From positions 848,021-912,020 of the forward strand of contig OY781159.1 in NCBI GenBank assembly GCA_963676765.1: DNA of 64,000 nt, read 5' to 3'. The stretch comes from Acholeplasmataceae bacterium. GTDB taxonomy: Bacteria > Bacillota_I > Bacilli_A > Acholeplasmatales > Acholeplasmataceae. Below the pieces are notes generated by a model that saw only the letters and a list, made by a program, of their open reading frames with translations, was not told where the DNA came from and did no database searches. Shown piece by piece: positions 60,001-64,000 of the stretch. How positions within the stretch are numbered: position 1 is the first letter of the stretch; each line of letters opens with the position of its first letter. Both the position numbers and the translations under genes were made by a program.

Positions 60001-62424
60001 ATGATTAAACTCGAACATTTAAACAAATATTTTAATCGTAGACAACGAAATGAAATACATGTTATTAATGACGTATCACTTTCCTTACCTGAAAAAGGAT
60101 TAGTTGTTTTATTAGGACCATCTGGTTCAGGTAAAACAACCTTACTAAATGTATTAGGCGGACTTGATAGTGTTCAAAACGGTAAAATTACATTTGGTGA
60201 TGATGTTATGGAAGGTTATAATGCTCAAGCATGGGATCGCATCCGTAATGAGCACGTTGGTTATATTTTTCAAAATTATAATTTATTACCAGATATGAGC
60301 GTGTTTGAAAACATTGCATTCGTTTTAAAAATGATGGGTATTGTCGATGAAGAAATTATTAAAGATCGCGTTGAATACATTTTAAAAGCGGTTAATATGT
60401 ACCCGTTTAGAAAGAAGAAAGCAACACAACTGTCTGGTGGTCAACAACAAAGGGTTGCGATTGCTAGAGCTATTGTTAAAAATCCTAATGTCGTGATAGC
60501 AGATGAGCCAACGGGTAACCTTGATTCAAAAAATACGCTTGATGTGATGAATATTATTAAGCAAATTTCTGAACAAACTCTTGTTGTATTGGTTACACAT
60601 GAAAAACACATTGCTGATTTATACGCAGATAGAATCATTGAGATTAAAGATGGTAGACTCATTAAAGATAATGAGAATGAGTCTAGCTTTGCACATGATT
60701 TTGGTCCTGATGAAACAATATACTTGCAGGATTTAACAAAAGTTGATGGTCAAGTTGATGAACATCTAAAAGTTAATTTTTACAGTGACCAAAAACATGC
60801 TGATCCAATTGAAGTAAAACTTATTGTTAAAAATAAAACATTATATTTAGATGTGGATTCAACATATCAAAAGATTAAGTTAATTGATAAAAATAATGGT
60901 ATTAAAATTAAAGATGAAAAGTATGTGAAAAAGACAAAAGCACAGTTAATGGAAACAACTTTTAATCGTGAGAAAATTGATAACAAAGACGTTCCTAGAC
61001 AAAGACATGCGATTGTAAGTATCAAACAATCATTATGGTTAGCTGTTAAAAAAATATTACAAACAACGAAACGCGGAAAACTGATGTTATTCGCATTTGC
61101 AATTGCAGGTATGGTTATTGCCTTATCTATATCGATGTTTGCCACAGCTGTCATTATTGATCCAGAGCCAGGTATGCCGATTGATAGAGGTTATGTTAGA
61201 GTGATTAATGATACGAACTACACATCTTCACAAGTTGAGTACCTAATGGGTTTGACAGATGTTGATGAGGCATATTTCCTAAACGTATATGGAACTTTAG
61301 AAGGATCGTTTATAACACCACAAGGCACAAATGCTTCACTTGATTTCAGTGGTCAAATAAACCTCTTTAAAGCGCTACATACGAATGACATAGTAGTGGG
61401 TTCCTTACCTGAAGAAGGTACAAATGGCATCTTAGTAACGAGAGCTTATGCTGACAATATTATTCAGTCTTATAGTGGTCAAGATTTTGGAATTTGGAAT
61501 GATGAAGGATTATTGAGTGAAAAAGTTAGAATAGGTAATGAAATCTTCCAAATATCAGGTATTGTTGATTCAGGTATTAGCATGATTTATATGAGTGAGT
61601 CAGCAGCTATTGATTATCTATTATATAATACAAATTTATATGGCCAATTTGAGATTATTATTAATGATGATTTGACGGATGCTGATCTTGATTATGGTCA
61701 AATGCCTGCATCAGTTTATGAACGTGTTATTTCATCTTCATTATTTGCAGTCTTAGCACCGTTTGTCGATGTAAGTACAGCAACGTTTCCTTATGAAACT
61801 AGTTTGTTTGATGTAAGTGGTGTTATCGATGATACTGATTTTAATGTATTTATGACAACAGATCAATTAATTGGGACTGCTATTTCATCATCACGACTTT
61901 TATATATTCATTCAAATGATGCTCCTGAACTTGTTGATAGGTTGACAGAAGACAATGTCATTGGTGCACGTATTACAGATGTTTATCAAAATGCTTATGA
62001 TTCTTTAAGACAACAACAACAATTAATACTCGCTTCATCGATTACGACTTTCGCTATCTTAATTGGTGCATCACTTGTCGGATTCTATTTTGTGATTAGA
62101 TCATCATTGATTGCAAGAATCTACGAAGTAAGTGTCTTTAGAGCATTAGGTGTTCATAAAAAAGACATCTTTAGTAGTTTCTTAATTGAAATATCAATTT
62201 TAACAACATTCTCAACACTTATTGGTTATTTATTCGCAACCATGTTGCTTTCTAGATTAAGTGCTGGTTTGCTTGGTGATTTATCGTTTATTATTGTCAC
62301 GCCATTAACCATTGGTGCAGGATTAATATTAGTTTATGGTTTAAATATTTTAGCGGGTATAATGCCGGTCTATTTCCTCTTGAGAAAGACACCAGCACAA
62401 ATCTTATCGCAATACGATATTTAA
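60001..62424 (+). CDS. Second fused ABC ATPase / FtsX-like permease
   Basis: GPSGSGKTT, LSGGQ, IADEPTGNLD; FRALG permease motif. Confidence 0.9.
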   Translation: MIKLEHLNKYFNRRQRNEIHVINDVSLSLPEKGLVVLLGPSGSGKTTLLNVLGGLDSVQNGKITFGDDVMEGYNAQAWDRIRNEHVGYIFQNYNLLPDMSVFENIAFVLKMMGIVDEEIIKDRVEYILKAVNMYPFRKKKATQLSGGQQQRVAIARAIVKNPNVVIADEPTGNLDSKNTLDVMNIIKQISEQTLVVLVTHEKHIADLYADRIIEIKDGRLIKDNENESSFAHDFGPDETIYLQDLTKVDGQVDEHLKVNFYSDQKHADPIEVKLIVKNKTLYLDVDSTYQKIKLIDKNNGIKIKDEKYVKKTKAQLMETTFNREKIDNKDVPRQRHAIVSIKQSLWLAVKKILQTTKRGKLMLFAFAIAGMVIALSISMFATAVIIDPEPGMPIDRGYVRVINDTNYTSSQVEYLMGLTDVDEAYFLNVYGTLEGSFITPQGTNASLDFSGQINLFKALHTNDIVVGSLPEEGTNGILVTRAYADNIIQSYSGQDFGIWNDEGLLSEKVRIGNEIFQISGIVDSGISMIYMSESAAIDYLLYNTNLYGQFEIIINDDLTDADLDYGQMPASVYERVISSSLFAVLAPFVDVSTATFPYETSLFDVSGVIDDTDFNVFMTTDQLIGTAISSSRLLYIHSNDAPELVDRLTEDNVIGARITDVYQNAYDSLRQQQQLILASSITTFAILIGASLVGFYFVIRSSLIARIYEVSVFRALGVHKKDIFSSFLIEISILTTFSTLIGYLFATMLLSRLSAGLLGDLSFIIVTPLTIGAGLILVYGLNILAGIMPVYFLLRKTPAQILSQYDI

Positions 62425-62427
62425 TAA

Positions 62428-62451
62428 AAAAAGGCTCAATAGAGCCTTTTT
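62428..62451. terminator. Bidirectional terminator
   Basis: AAAAAGGCTC-aata-GAGCCTTTTT between convergent genes. Confidence 0.85.
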
Positions 62452-62458
62452 CATTTGT

Positions 62459-63067
62459 TTATAACCAAGAGGTTACATCATCAACATCAAGTCTAACGGA
62501 TGGATATCCATCTTCCGCTTTTTTACCAATTGATAAGATTAATAGTGGTCGATAACGTTTTGAATCAATGCCCAGTGCTTCCGCTAATAAATCATGTCTA
62601 AATCCGCCTATTGGACATGTATCATACCCATAAGATCTCGCGACTTGCATGAGTTGCATCGCGATGATACCACCATCTAATAAACCAGTTTTCTCAATGG
62701 CTAAAGGTGTTAAATCATCTTCGAAGTTTGCAATATTTCTTAATTGTCTGTCACGTACTTCTGGTGGCATTAAATTTGCATCAACTGCTTTATTATATAT
62801 CTTCTCAGCAAATTCAAATTTATCTAAATCTGTAAACATACAGATCATCGCCGATGAAGTTTCTAATTGAGATTTATTACCGTGGAGTACGGGAGCTAAC
62901 TTTGCTTTCGCATCATCTGACTCAACAATGATGAACCTCGTTGGTTGCATATTCATCGATGAAGGTGCGCTTAAAGTATCTTTTATGATGGCAGTCATTT
63001 CTGCCTTTGTAATTTTAATATTTGAATCATAAGTACGAATTGAACGTCTTTGCGTTAAGCTATTCAT
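62459..63067 (-). CDS. Nitroreductase family protein
   Basis: RRSIRTY, APSSMNMQP, GYDTCPIGGF. Confidence 0.9.
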   Translation of the reverse strand: MNSLTQRRSIRTYDSNIKITKAEMTAIIKDTLSAPSSMNMQPTRFIIVESDDAKAKLAPVLHGNKSQLETSSAMICMFTDLDKFEFAEKIYNKAVDANLMPPEVRDRQLRNIANFEDDLTPLAIEKTGLLDGGIIAMQLMQVARSYGYDTCPIGGFRHDLLAEALGIDSKRYRPLLILSIGKKAEDGYPSVRLDVDDVTSWL

Positions 63068-63165
63068 ATGGATTCCTCCTATCGAATGGATTATATCATT
63101 TATCGAGCTTAATTGCGAAGTAATGCGCTTATATGTATGCTATAATGAGGAAAAGGATGATAATA

Positions 63166-63711
63166 ATGAGTACAACTTTTATATTAATTAGACATGGTGA
63201 ACCCCGTTATGATGAAATACAAAAAACTGAAACAACAGGGCTTGCATGGGATTTTGGTAGATTGACTGATGACGGAGTCAAACAAGCTTTAGCACGTGCA
63301 AAAGATGAACGTCTTCAAGATGCTGATATTATTATCTCATCTCCATATACAAGAGCACTGGAAACTGCAGGTATTATTGCTAGTTATACAAAGATCCCGT
63401 TACGTGTAGAAACAAATCTCCATGAGTGGTCACCTGATGTAACATTTAATTACCGTTTTGGTCCGGAAAAAGAAGCGGAAATGCGACAAGTAATGGATGA
63501 GTTTTTTGGTGGTAATGGTGAAAGGCCAAGGGATTCGAAATTAAAATATGAATCATTATCAGAAGTAAAGGGTAGAGTTCATGAAGTATTGCAAAAATAC
63601 ACATCATATAAAAAAGTAATTGTCGTATGTCATGGTATTGTCATGAACGCAATGACAACTTTCAAAGATAAAGTTGCTTTTTGCGGTGTGAGAGAAATAG
63701 AACTTTCATGA
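63166..63711 (+). CDS. Histidine phosphatase (phosphoglycerate mutase-like) family
   Basis: LIRHGE, SSPYTRALETA, VVCHG. Confidence 0.9.
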   Translation: MSTTFILIRHGEPRYDEIQKTETTGLAWDFGRLTDDGVKQALARAKDERLQDADIIISSPYTRALETAGIIASYTKIPLRVETNLHEWSPDVTFNYRFGPEKEAEMRQVMDEFFGGNGERPRDSKLKYESLSEVKGRVHEVLQKYTSYKKVIVVCHGIVMNAMTTFKDKVAFCGVREIELS

Positions 63712-64000
63712 ATATTAAAAAATTAGAAAAATGGTATATCGATAATCATATAAGATTTCCCTTTCGAGAAACAACTGAACCATATAACGTTTGGGTTTCT
63801 GAAATCATGTTACAACAAACAAAACTTGAAACCGTTTTGCCATATTATGAACGGTTTTTATTGTTATATCCAGACGTCTATGCGCTAGCTAAGGCGACCG
63901 ATGATGAATTAAAGAAATGTGTAGAAGGTATTGGTTATTATAGACGTTTTAAATATATGAAAAAAGCTGCTGAGGTTATTGTTGATGAATATCATGGTAA
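63708..64000 (+). CDS. mutY: A/G-specific adenine glycosylase (3'-partial; missing from the ORF track)
   Basis: Translates MNIKKLEKWY...EPYNVWVSEIMLQQT...YYERFL...GIGYYRR to the window edge. Confidence 0.9.
   Translation, partial: MNIKKLEKWYIDNHIRFPFRETTEPYNVWVSEIMLQQTKLETVLPYYERFLLLYPDVYALAKATDDELKKCVEGIGYYRRFKYMKKAAEVIVDEYHG

Noticed and set aside
1180-61154. Short antisense or alternate-frame ORFs in the track (e.g. 5666-6052, 10605-10958, 13129-13494, 15687-16115, 26467-26706, 47170-47565, 60867-61154)
   Set aside because: They lie within well-supported genes, lack RBS or motifs, and are expected shadows of codon bias.
1-64000. Genetic code 4 (TGA = Trp) as in Mycoplasma
   Set aside because: Conserved genes end cleanly at TGA, often in ATGA overlaps, and conserved Trp residues use TGG.

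Overview
AT-rich bacterial chromosome segment using genetic code 11 (TGA stops, many ATGA gene overlaps). Gene content suggests a basal Mollicutes/Bacilli lineage such as Acholeplasmatales or Izemoplasmatales (inference). 1-30.5 kb is mostly housekeeping and stress genes: zwf, a complete acc-fab fatty-acid operon, a fluoride riboswitch ahead of a cation:proton antiporter, Trk K+ uptake, tRNA-Val, MATE pumps, ogt and two GGDEF-EAL genes. 30.7-48.4 kb is the standout: a ~17.7 kb co-directional locus led by three tandem c-di-GMP-I (GEMM) riboswitches, with a fourth written into the last codons of a signal peptidase gene. It encodes six pilin/TasA-like proteins (five with a SipW-class signal motif), two SipW-type peptidases, a 2495-aa adhesin-like protein, and a membrane-anchored McrB-like AAA+ protein paired with a DUF2357/coiled-coil protein lacking a visible nuclease. 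This looks like a cyclic-dinucleotide-gated surface-fibre system with a possibly repurposed McrBC-like motor. 48.4-64 kb holds small enzymes, a GH-like lipoprotein, tmRNA with a 630-bp att-flanked remnant, an unexplained pseudoknot/terminator element, two fused ABC transporters and the start of mutY. All family assignments come from motif recognition by eye; no searches were run.
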